NCBI GenBank assembly: GCA_963693365.1
Contig: CAVNZM010000016.1
Span: 5,873,029-5,937,028, forward strand
Direction: 5' to 3'
Length of the DNA: 64,000 bases
DNA from: Amoebidium appalachense
Taxonomy: Eukaryota; Protista; Ichthyosporea
Made by a program: the position numbers and the translations under genes. The notes below the pieces were generated by a model, which saw only the letters and a program-made list of their open reading frames with translations, did not search any database and was not told the DNA's origin. Positions 38,455-50,766 of the stretch are shown one piece after another. Each line of letters opens with the position of its first letter. Positions within the stretch are counted from its first letter, which is position 1.

Positions 38455-39557
38455 TCACAAACCAACCGTTGCCAGATGCCAGAACATGAATGCAACCCCA
38501 GACAGCGACAAACCAACGGCGGCACAAGCTATGATGCGGTTAGCGAGGTTTTCCCTATGCCTATCACGGAACAGACAATATGCCCGGGAAAATGAACGAG
38601 AGAGTGGTGGCGTTAGTAGCACCCATGGCCTCAAACACAACACCTAAATCGCCCACAAACATTGCGGTTATGTAAGTAGTGAATAGATTCATAAATGTGA
38701 CCACCCAATATAGTATTTTTTGAAACACACGATCTACCGTGAGCCTACTGTGACCTTGCATGTCCAGAACGGTATTAATGAGGTGCACCGCAGCCATACG
38801 CGTAGGCCTATTTGCAAGCGGGTAAGCAACACACACGTTAAAACACACAAGGACTCTGCTGATGTTCACCGGAATAGTGTTTGGGAAATCTAAAAGTACG
38901 TTGGAGGAAACCTTTGAACCATAAGTGAAATAGGCACAGAGGCCAAACGCGGCATTCAAAGTAAACCCGTAAGTCACCGAAATAGCCGCGATTCCGGACA
39001 TTCTACGCGTACGTGCGCTGGGAGTCATGATTTCGTTGTAGACGGGGAAAGTCTCCATGTCGAAATGTGCCGGTCGAATTTCTCCCTTGCACGCTCCCAA
39101 ATCGAGCCTTCCCTGGCCCGGTTCGAAGTGATTGTTTGGGTTTGCAAGATGCAAAATTCCCAGCAGCGGGATGAAAATCAGACCCATCAGAGCCATCATC
39201 GACGTAAATCTCATTCCGTGCATGCGCGGAACGCATGTTAGTGGAGCCCCAAGGCAGAAGAAAGCAATGGATACCCACAACTGCCTTTCCAGCCACACAC
39301 TCCCCGGGGCTATGGGTGCAATTGGGTATATGTTTTTGGGTGCCAAGTCACCGATGATGATCAAGTGCACAATAGCTGAACCGACCTGTTCCATCATCAC
39401 AACCATGTCCACCAACAACGATGACCGAGGCCGTGTTCTCCAAGCCAAAAGGCCAAATGACGCATCTGTTCTGCCAATTTCATGTGCACACGCCGAGAGA
39501 AGATAGAAGCCAAATATCGAAATAACAGCGACAGTGAACAAGAGCACGATTCCTGGA
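38455..39557 (-). pseudogene. Intronless, damaged AAAP/AVT (SLC38/AVT-like) amino-acid transporter
   Basis: Translation shows GIVLLFTVAVISIFGFYLL, HLIIIGDLAP, FPVYNEI, FGLCAYFTYGSKVSSNVLLDFP, AYPL...R and GATNATTLSFIFPG. The N-terminal TM1 region is missing, the FAF.CH.N helix before PVYNE appears deleted, and a frameshift at about 38580 separates the last TM (YCLFRD...FMFWHLATVGL*). Confidence 0.75.
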
Positions 39558-39589
39558 GCTCTTGTTCACTGTCGCTGTTATTTCGATAT
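39514..39589. repeat. Perfect 32-bp inverted repeat with a 12-nt loop
   Basis: atatcgaaataacagcgacagtgaacaagagc-(acgattcctgga)-gctcttgttcactgtcgctgttatttcgatat. Confidence 0.97.
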
Positions 39590-40438
39590 GGAGGGGCTTC
39601 GCCGCGCCTTTTTCATGTTCGTGTTTGCGCTTACCGCACATGCACAGAACTGCACACTACTGACGGCACTGTGAACAAACAAAGCCACTGCTTGGCAACA
39701 ATAATGTTTTTTTCTCTGTCTTGCAGCTGGAGCCTCTTTTCTGATCTCATTTCTTTTTATCCCCCCCCCCCTCCCCCCCGCCGGGGGCCCTTTCCGCCCT
39801 GCCCTTTTCTCTCTATCTCGCGAGATTACTCCGAGGCCAGAGGCTTGCTGCCCATATGCCCTGCACACACGCCTCATTCGGACACACATCCACACTCAGA
39901 AAAATGAACTTGTCACTCGTTTATTCAGACAAACAATCACGACACACATACACAGACCTACACACACGCGTAACACGTACGTTTTAACGCACTTGCGTGG
40001 CCACCGCTGATGAGACATATAAATTCACTATTGCACGTGTTTCACCCCCCCCCCCCCCCCCCCCCCCCCGCCTCTCTCAAGCCCTCCACCCCACCATCGT
40101 GACTGTCGGGAAGTTGGTGTCGGTGTATATAACGGGTACGGAGAGGGAGTGAGGGGAGGGGGGAGGGGGAGGGGGGGAGGGGGGACGGCCCAGAGAGGGG
40201 TGAGGGGGGGGGGGGGGGGGGGGGGGGTAAGGAGGGCAAATGATGCCGTATGAATTACTAGCACTTCAGAAACAAAAGAGAGCAGAAATATGAGAGGGGT
40301 GGCAAAGTGACACATCTCTTGCCTGGCGAATGAACCCTAGTTGGCAAGACGTTAAGGAGTATGGTGGGTGGGAGAAAGGAACGGGCATTGAGGTGACGGA
40401 GGGGGGGTGGGAGGGGGGTAGGGAGGGGGAGATGTGAT

Positions 40439-40471
<33 letters not shown>

Positions 40472-41298
40472 GAGGGGGGAGGGAGGGACAACGGGGTGGA
40501 GGCAAGAGAGAAGGGCAAGGGAAGGGGGGGGGGGGGGGGGGGGGGCGCAGCAGGAGTTGAGATGGGACAGAGGGGGAGGGGGGAGCCGGGGGGGGGGGGG
40601 GGGGGATGATTAAAGAGTGGGGATGCAAAGGTGGTGGTGGTAACGGTGTGTTTCGAAGAGGGGGCATGCTGCACAGGAGGGAGAGCAGTGGGAAGGATAT
40701 GATAGGTTTCTTTTTTTCTTTTTTTTTGGGGGGGGGGGGAGAGGGGGGGAAGGGGAGGTGGTGGTGGTGGGGGGGGGGGGGGGGGAGAATGCAGATGGTG
40801 AGTGAAAATGGTAGGGGAAAGGGGATGCAGATGTTCTCTGGCGTTGACTTTGTTATAAAGTGGGCCAGTATAATCAAACACAAGGGGAGGCGAAGGAGAA
40901 AACGTAGCTCTGGTGCTCTTGGTGGCGCAACATCGAGATAAAATACTTTATTACCTCACTAAGTTAGGAGACGATGCCGACGCCGGACGGTTCTTATTGT
41001 TGTTGGTCGTCGGTCGGGCCGTGCTAAGTTGCCTGTCGGCGTGTCTTATCAACCAGCAGGGGATACAAGAAGATGCGTAGATTGTAGCATAAATACTGAG
41101 TAGGTTGCCCCGTGCGCCCCCGGTTTACTACCGGTTTCCGTGTCGATTAGTAGTACCGCCTTCATAAATTACACGTACAGCCTCCTCCCACCGTAGTAAG
41201 CACAAAATTCCTCCCAAGTCGGCCGATCTTGTCACAGTCCACCTGGTACCTGCTGTAAATCTAAAAGTTTTGGCATAGGTCGTCATTTTTTTTCTTCT

Positions 41299-41484
41299 TC
41301 ACTCCGCCTTTTTCGCCTTGGCGGGTTTTGCAGCCTGTGTCGCCTGCTCCTCTTTCTCTTGGCCAATGCCAAAATGCTTCTTGAGAGGGTTGATAACAAA
41401 TTCCATGAGAACATAAACGGCTATAGCAATGCCTACGCTCTGGATAAAGGCAGCCATAAAATCAGGCTCTGCCATTTGAGTCAT
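41299..41484 (-). CDS. Small single-pass membrane protein of 58-61 aa, unknown function
   Basis: MTQMAEPDFMAAFIQSVGIAIAVYVLMEFVINPLKKHFGIGQEKEEQATQAAKPAKAKKAE*: a hydrophobic helix followed by a charged tail. It is repeat-free and preceded by a CAG acceptor (5'UTR intron), with CCAAT/CRE motifs about 350 bp upstream. Confidence 0.6.
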   Translation of the reverse strand: MTQMAEPDFMAAFIQSVGIAIAVYVLMEFVINPLKKHFGIGQEKEEQATQAAKPAKAKKAE

Positions 41485-41810
41485 TCTTGCTGTAGAGATA
41501 TGAAGTTTAGAAAAGACTAGGGTGTTTTTCACGGTGGTTTAGTTTCAGTCGGTGTGCTGTGCGTGTGTTCGTGTCTGCCTGATCAAGACTCAGGAGCTGT
41601 GTAAAAGGGGGTAACTTCGGGTTAGGGGTCCTATTCTGGCAATTTGACATTTGGTAAAAATGAAAAACATTTCTAAGTAACGTTACGGGTTTTTTGATTT
41701 CTACAATCATAAAAAAGGGGTGTTTGCTCAAATTATCAAAATGTAAATTTTTTAAAACTTGTCAGGACCAAAACTCATGAATAAATGAGCTGATGAAGTG
41801 ATGCGTTATT

Positions 41811-41854
41811 GACCAATCAAACAAATATTGAGGGTGCGCGCGTCGATGACGTCA
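41811..41854. promoter_or_regulatory. CCAAT box plus CRE-like TGACGTCA, candidate promoter elements
   Basis: gaccaatc at 41811 and TGACGTCA at 41847-41854, between the divergent small ORF and the subtilase. Confidence 0.4.
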
Positions 41855-42866
41855 CCAGACCCTCAGTGCGGCAGGCCCAGCTGGCACAAAAACAAGAGCC
41901 TTGCGTATTGGTGACTCTTGTTTCTAAAGTGTGTGAAAACCGAGTATATTCTATGAGTTTTCGTAGATATTGAAGATAGCATTCGGAGGAGCGGAGGCCT
42001 CTTTTTTCTTATTAGAGATCTCGAGCTCTCATAGCTCCCTCCGCTCCCCCCCGCCCCCTCCCCCTCCCCCCCCCCCCCCCCCCCCCCCGGATCCCCCTCA
42101 GTCCCCCCTCACCCCCCTACTCTCCTCCTTCCCCCCCCCCCCCCCCCTCCCCCCACCCCCCCCCACCCCAGCCTCCCCTCAGCCGCTACAATAGCCATTA
42201 CAATCACCCTACCCCACCCCCCTTTCCTTTTCCTTCCCCTCACACTCCAAGTCACACCCCCCCCCCCCACCCCTAGCTTCCCCCCCCCCCCCCCCTTCCA
42301 ACACACACACACGCACCTTCCCCCCTCCGGATCCCCCCTCCGCCCCTCCCCCCCCCCCCCTTTCTCCTTTCCCGATTGGCCCAGAGAGCTCGTCGGTTCG
42401 CTATACTTAACTAAGCTTCAAGTGGGAGTAGGAGTTGGACGCCTTTACCGCAGTTTGAAACAACCGACGGCCGAACCCTTCCCATTTTTTCGGGAGCTCG
42501 AGGAAGAGGGGTGTGTGTGGGAAGGGGGCGGGGGGGGGGGGGGGGGGGGGGGAGGATGTATTTTGGGTGTAGTTTAGGTATTCCAGATGCAGCTACCGTG
42601 CCAGCATGGGGCAAATGATCATGTAAAGTTTTGAAAGCACCAAATGCGCGGCGTGCCTAAGCCAAAACCATGAAGTCAATGTCATCATGGCCATTTTGCC
42701 CTTACAGCTCGCAGGTTCACAGAAAACCCGTATGCAACCTATGGCAACTTATACGTATTCAACCAGGCACCCTCCTCATATCCTACCCCCCCCCCCCCTC
42801 TCTACCCACCTCCTCCACACACACACGCACGCACGCGCGCGCGCGCGCACACACACACACACATAC

Positions 42867-42918
<52 letters not shown>

Positions 42919-43039
42919 CACAACCCGCACACAAACACGCACACGCACACACGCACACACGCGCGCGCGCGCACACACGCACACGCACACGCACACGCAC
43001 ACGCACACGCACACGCACACGCACACGCACACGCACACG

Positions 43040-43096
<57 letters not shown>

Positions 43097-43138
43097 CTTC
43101 GGCAACTATACACACATCCACGGGCACACCCACCCACC

Positions 43139-43208
<70 letters not shown>

Positions 43209-43608
43209 CACACACACAGTCACACACACACTCACATGGCAGACATTTGTTAAAAGCACACCAACTTCAATGGCCACACAAGGCTCTCACGGCACAGGGA
43301 CTTAATAACTAATACCAGTTTCAACACACGGTGACCCTGGACACTGAAGCTGGAGGTGAAGGTTAAAACCCGGATACCTATGCCATCATTTGCAACAAAA
43401 CCGGGGGGGGGAGGGGGGGAACCTCCCTTATGTTAAATACAAATTTCCAACCTCTGTAAACCCAAAACATTCACTGGCAACGGACATACTTTCCTACCCA
43501 CACCGGTGAGACTGGGGTGCAAGCCCTGGGCTAAATGTGTACTAATAGTAGTTAGGATTGGTGACGGTGTGTTAGCTTAGCTGATTGCACCATCTACACC
43601 CTATTTAG

Positions 43609-46138
43609 GGCACTTTCTGTGCTGTGTGGATGACGGTAGTTTCTATGAGGGCCGGCCCTGGGCGGTCCCACTGGGAACAAACCGGGATAAAAAGATAAAA
43701 AATTTTATTAAAAAACCTTTCCACCCGGATAAGCTTGTGTGTCCTAATAATCAGTCGAGCAAACTGTATAAGAAAATGCAGGTACAAACGAAGAACACAC
43801 ACACACAATGACCTCGCTGCAAGCATGCGCATTTAACATGAAAATTGTAATTCCCAATATGATATTCATTGTACCCCCGCCCCCCCCTTCCCCCGGGATA
43901 TATCACATGCATATGCATGCGCTGACTAACGTAGTACACAGTATCTAATGTTAGTTACATATATATTCGTCGGAACACTAGCACTTAGGACAGATATGAC
44001 TGGTTGATTACAAATGATGCCTCAAATGTAAGATTGCTTTATAAATGATAACTGCAGCTGTATTTTGTGTAAGGTGAGACGGGCAGTTAGCTGTACCGAT
44101 GCTAGCTATGTAGGCCCCCCCCCCCCTCCCCCCCCCTCCAGGCCTCCCTCCCTCCCTCCCTCCCCCTCCCCCCCCCCCCCTATACCCCCTCCAACACACA
44201 CGCATGCACGAGCGCAAGCATAATCCACCACACAAACACACGGCTAACCTTAGGCTAAGACTGTCGAGTGATCAATAGAAATGGCAGTAAGACCTCCATG
44301 CGAAACCCTATGAGGCACCTAGCACTTCACAACATTCATCGGACCCTTGAGCTCGACTTCACACACACACCGTCGCCTTCGTACCGGTCAAATGGACGCA
44401 TGGTTTCTCGAATACAACGACTATACGGACCTGCAAGGCGAAACATAGTACAGGTGGAAAAGATCCGCAACCACTCCAAGGTGAAGTACGTGCAAGAGGT
44501 CAAGCGTGTGCATGTGCCCAAGATCATCATCGAAAACACTGACCAGGTATGCATTTCTGGTGTCATTCTTTGTGTTTGCTATGCCGCATGTGCGCGCGCA
44601 ATCCCTTTGGTCTTGGCACATATGTACTGTAATGATTGTGGAGGCATTAGCCTACACCCGGGTACGCACTAGGCTAACACCACCCACTAGGCCCATACTA
44701 GCACAACACTCATACCAAGTATCCCCAAAACAGGCTATGGTTAAGAAAGCTTCAAAAAAAAAAAGGGGGGGGGGGGGGGGGGAAACCCAAAATCAACCAA
44801 AAAAAAAAAAAAAAAGTATCGCGTGAAATTATTCAAATCGTGTGTCATTGCTTAAGGGACTCTAATAGGGAGCATCTATTCAGAAACTCCATGATCAAAC
44901 AGAAAAGCAAAAAACCAACAAACAAAGATACCTTTAAATTGACGTTAAAATTGACGTGAAAACATCCAAAACCTGTTTTTTCTAATGATTCCTCTTCTCT
45001 CAACGTTTTCAGGTTCTCCCGGACTCGGCCGATGCCAACCCTTGGACAACTCCCCCCTGGTAAAGCCAACCACACCCGGCTACCTGTGGGGATTGGATCG
45101 CATCGACCAGAGTGATCTCCCATTGGATGGGAGCCAGGCAAGGAATTTGCCGGGTGATGGCGACGGCGTGGATGTGTACGTGGTGGACACCGGTACGTGA
45201 CCTATCGTCATAATCAATAGAGTAGGACATAGGGCACACACTCCCCCCCCCCCCCCCCCCCCCCCCACTTCTTCTTCTTCCCCCCCCCCCCCCCCCCCCC
45301 CCCCAACAACAAACATGGTACATGTTGAAACTGTTGTTGGAGTGACGTGAGGTAGCATTAGTACCAATTGGTGTTGCATTCGAGCATGTTTATACATACC
45401 GGTTTGTAGGGTTTGTTCCTCTATATATTGTCAGCAATCGTGATTGTTGGTCTGTGTAAGGCATTGTGCAAAGTTTAGCCCCCGTAAGCCATTATCTTCT
45501 ACTCAATTCCATGATTGAGGAGTTCTAGCCGGATCTGAGGCTCAGGGGCATCAACAGTATCAACAGTTATAGGTCAGCGATGTCACAAGCGAATTGACGT
45601 GTGTAAGGGTCCAAAATTCCCAAGTATCTTAATAACCTGCCTGAGACGGCTAATGATTATCCTTTTTTAAATATCAGGTGTGGCCGTCACCCTGCCGCAG
45701 ATTGCCGGGCGTGCCTTCAACTTCTTCGCTGACAATGGGGTGCCTGCCCACAAGAACTGGACCTATGAGGATATTCATGGCCACGGCACACACTACTCCG
45801 GCACCATTGCTGGTATGATTTTAAAATTTAACCTTTTTAAAGGTAGCAATCAAATTGGTTACAGTATATGAACTTGTTGAATCTCCACACTTCTAAATCA
45901 CCTGTTTCATTCCGTTGGAATTTGAAACTGAGATTTTTCTTTAAAATTCCGGCCTGCCGTTGTGATGCGCAGGCCGAAAGGCCGAAATCTAGGCCTGTTT
46001 CTTCCCCTTGGTATTACTTAGTGCAATATCTGGAATCCGGATCCCCTTGAATTCATTCGTTTTCATTTGTTCTCAATGTGTTCCCTTTTTTTTCAAACAC
46101 AGGCAAGACATTTGGCGTGGCCCCCAAGGCTCGGTAAG

Positions 46139-46181
<43 letters not shown>

Positions 46182-46365
46182 CACCTCCCCACGTGTTCCT
46201 CTTCCTCTCGAAACAAAAACGGCAAACAAACAAAAAGAAAGAAAGAAAGAAAGAAAGAAAAAAAAAAGAAAAAAAAGACATTTGCATTCACGCTTTTTAC
46301 ACCCGCTCTTTCTTTCTTGTCCTCTGGTCCTCAGTGCTATCAAACACATAGAACCAAGCTATCTT

Positions 46366-46406
<41 letters not shown>

Positions 46407-46416
46407 CCCCCCCTCC

Positions 46417-46447
<31 letters not shown>

Positions 46448-47283
46448 AAAAACAAAAACAAAAAAAAACATCAACCCCCCCCCCCCCCCTTCCCCCCTCC
46501 CTAGAATAACCCTTTCACACCCCTCCTCCCATCCCCACCTCCTCCTCTCCTCTTACCCCTTCCTATCATTCCTTTTCTGGTGCACTCGTGTATTCTCACC
46601 CCCATAAATATGGCCAAGCTCACACTATAACCAACCTTTCTGCCGCAATGCCTTAAACGTTTCATCCTCTCACCCTCACTAAAATACACCTATCATTATC
46701 ATTAAAGTCATTACACAAACCACATGTCTAACCAAACTTTCTCTTACTACAGCATCTTTAACGTTAAAGTAATGAACGCCGAAGACAACAACGACCCGGA
46801 CGGTCCGTGGGGTGGTATGGCCTCGGTGATTCGCAGTCTTCTCTCTGTTGCGGCCCGACCCAATAAGACCCGACCCGCGGTGGTGTCCATTTCTCTGGGT
46901 GACTATACTAATGAGGATGCTGGTGGGCCGGCAGAGCACGAGGCCATTCAGAAGGTGGTGGAAAGTGGTGCCGTTGTCAGTACGTGTTCTACCCCCCCCT
47001 CCCTCCCCCCTCCCTCCCCCCGCGCACGCACACACACACACATATACACAAATACGTACAGGCGCGCGTGCATACACACAGACACACACACATGCGCTCG
47101 CACACGCACACGCACGTGCACACATACACATACGCATACCCACGTACACACGCAGACGCACACCTCCTATCATCAACCTGGGCTCTACTTATCATGCCCC
47201 CCCCCCCCCCCCCCCCCCTTCCCCTCCCTCTTCCCCCACAACACACATCCCTCCTTCCTTCCCCTGGGGATGAGCTTATGGCT

Positions 47284-47326
<43 letters not shown>

Positions 47327-47504
47327 AACCCCTTCCCTTCCCCTTCCCCCCTGCCCCCCTGCCCTGCCTTCCCCAGACCAGGACCAGAGAATAATTTCTA
47401 CGGACGAATCAGATGCCTGCGTACTCTGTATGTGTGTTTCCTCACACATATTTGCATTGTCATGTCCGTTGTGAATGTGCACTTCAAACATCGTAACGAT
47501 TACT

Positions 47505-47536
<32 letters not shown>

Positions 47537-47694
47537 ACCCCCACTCCCTCCCCCCTCCCCCCCCCCCCCCCCCCCCCCAACGTGCGCGCACACACACCCA
47601 CACGCACACACGCTCACCCACCCTTCTTGTCACACTCCGAATTTCGTCTTTCTATCTGGTCTCTCTCTCTCTCTCTCTCTTCCCCATCCCCTCC

Positions 47695-47740
<46 letters not shown>

Positions 47741-48020
47741 ATCAAAATGCTGGAATGATTTTTTAATGTCATACACTGTGCATTTAGTTGTTGCTGCCGG
47801 CAACGACAATGAAGACTCGTGCAAATTGGTTTTAAGTTTACAACTATCACATGATATTAGAAACAAAACACCACATCACTTTTCAATTTTCAATTTTCAA
47901 ATTTATCACGCTGTGCAGTTGTTGCAGCTGGAAACGACAATGAAGACTCGTGCCAGCGCACAGCCCCCGCCATGTTCCCTGAGGTGCTCACAGTGGGTGC
48001 AATCAACTGGGTGGACCTGC

Positions 48021-48082
<62 letters not shown>

Positions 48083-49952
48083 GTGAGTGTGTGTATGTGT
48101 GTGTGTGTGTGTATGTGTGTGTAAGACTGTGTATGCTTTTCTAGGTGTGTCTAAACTGCATTTGTGTGGTTTTCTTCTTTTCTTTCTCCTTCTTTTTCCC
48201 CCTCTCTATGTTTTTGTCGTTGGTGTGTGTTGTCGGGTGGGGGTGTGTGGGCGGTTGGGTGGGTGCAAGGTCATATGGTTGTTTACATATTTCTTCTCCC
48301 CCCCTCCAGTTAGGGGGAATTGGAGATGGGTGTGTGTGGGGAGGGGGCAGGCGGAGGGGGAGGGGGGGGGGAGAGAGATGGGGGGGAGGGGGATGGGGCG
48401 GGGGAGAGGAGGAGGGGGCAGTGCCCTACACACATGTGCACCTGCTTACAGAGTGCTTATTTGAGCCTTGAGTCAAAACGGTGCCAAACAAAAAGACGAA
48501 TGACCCTTTTTTCTGTTCCCCCCCTGGTCCTACATGCATTGTCTCACCCACCTTTGCTTTGTATCACACTTAACCCTTTCGGACAACTAGATCCAGAGGT
48601 TCAAAGGTCTATTGATATTGAGGGCGGATTGCAATATTCGCCGTCTCACCTCATGTTCCTCCCCCCCCTCCCCTTTCTCCCTTCCCCCGGCCCTCCCGGT
48701 CTCCGACAAACCCCCCCCCCTCCCTCCCCCCCCAACACCTCCCCCCCCCCCCCACACACACAAACACAAACACGCCCTTTCAACCCTCCTCCTCCCCCCA
48801 CCTCCCCCCCCCCCCCCCCCCCCCATCCCCACCCCTCCCCCCCCCCCCCCCCCCCCCCCCCCCACCTCTCTCCCTCCCCACCTCCACCGTCCCGTCAACC
48901 CTTGCCATGCATCGGAAACCACACATGACATTTATGCACTACAACCATCAACCTTTCGGGGAAATTCTTCAACAGTCTGGTTTCTCCAGCTTTGGCGAGT
49001 AAGTGTCCCCCCACCCCCTCCCCCACCTCCCCCTCCCCTCTTCGTCCCCCCCCTCCTCCCCCCCCCCCCCCCCCCCCCCGAAAGACTCGTGCACGTGCAC
49101 GCTGCGCCACACACACACACAGAAACACATGCACACACATGCCCACACGTGCACACACGTGCACACACGTGTAATGCACATCAACATGCTCACACACTCA
49201 AACACACAACACGCACACACAACTCCTCCCCCAACACTCTCCGCATGTCATTGGCAACACTATATAGAAATAATAGACCGAGGCATTGACAAAAGCACAT
49301 GATTTTTGCACGCACAACCACCGGGACAAAAGGAGTAGTGCTCTGTAGAGGCAGGCAGTAGTATGTCTATTATAAAGGGCTTTTTTTTTTAAAAAAAAAT
49401 AATATTTTTTTGTTATCTCGTTTTGTTCCCGGAGGACCCCTTGGGGCCCTCAGGGGGAACTACCATCTTCCACCCACCACCGACAGTACTCTAGCTAGGG
49501 TGCTACGGTATTATTTATTATAAAGGGCATATAAGTTGCTTTTGTAGCTAATTGGGGTGATTCGATATATATCCCCCCCCCCCCCCCCCCCCCCCCCCTT
49601 CCCCCTCTTCTCCTGATTACGCTCACCCTTTCACACACTGCCTCTACTACCACAGCCGCTGTCCGGCAATGTAATCACTATTATAACAGCCGCCAAATTT
49701 GAAAAACATACTAGAGGATGTGATGCTAAACTTAAGAACCCCACCTAATAGTTGCCTTGCTAATCTTTCAAAACCGTCCTCATTTATGCTTGATGATGTT
49801 GTTTCATGCTAGATCATGCGACATGTTTCCACATCATGCTAAAACATGCCCACCCATAGGTGTGTCGATATCTGGGCCCCTGACTCGACCATTCTGAGCT
49901 CTATCCCCAACAACAAGACGGCCTACTTCTCCGGCACCTCTATGTAAATTCA

Positions 49953-50025
<73 letters not shown>

Positions 50026-50733
50026 ACCCACCTCATCCCCTCCCCCCTCCCCCGCCACAGACACAAGAAAGAAAGAAAGAAAGAAAGGATAAAAAGAAGA
50101 AAAAATACCCTTTACACTCATGCACGCGCATGCACATACTTTGCTATACCGTTATCCCAAAATAGATCATCCGTCTTCGTCTTGGATGATCGTCTTCCCC
50201 CCCTTCTTTCCTCACCACCCCCCCCCCCCCTTTCCTCCCAGCATCTCCATCTATTCCCCCCCCCCCCCCCCTCTCCCCCCCCTCCCCCCCCCCCCCCACC
50301 CGCTCAACACGCAAACACCCACACCCACACCCTGCCAACATCACCCCCCCCCCCCCCCCCCCCCCCCCCGTCGCTGAATCGTTCCATTTTCCCACCCACT
50401 CCCGTCTTTGGCCTTACCCTTATGCATACGACCGTCAATCCCCCCCATCCTCTCGAGATCCTTGCCCACTCAGCCCCCCCTCCCCCCTCCCCCCCCCCCC
50501 CCCCCCCCCCCCCCCCGCCCCGCCTTTCTTCCCCTCTTTTCCAGTGCTTCTCTCGGTGACCCTTACCCCCCTTCTCCCCCCTCCCTCCCTGCCCCATCAT
50601 ACCCCATCCCCTTCAACCTACCTTCCTCCCCCCCATCTAACACACACACACACACAGGGCCACGCCGCACACTGCCAGTGCTGCTGCCGTCTATCTCAGC
50701 ATTTACCCCACCGCCACCCCCAAGGAGGTAAAA

Positions 50734-50766
<33 letters not shown>

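Noticed and set aside
41220-41301. Selenoprotein/SECIS reading of the small ORF's TGA
   Set aside because: An ATGA...AAAA is present downstream, but I see no closing GA quartet or convincing stem, and there is no Sec-protein motif.
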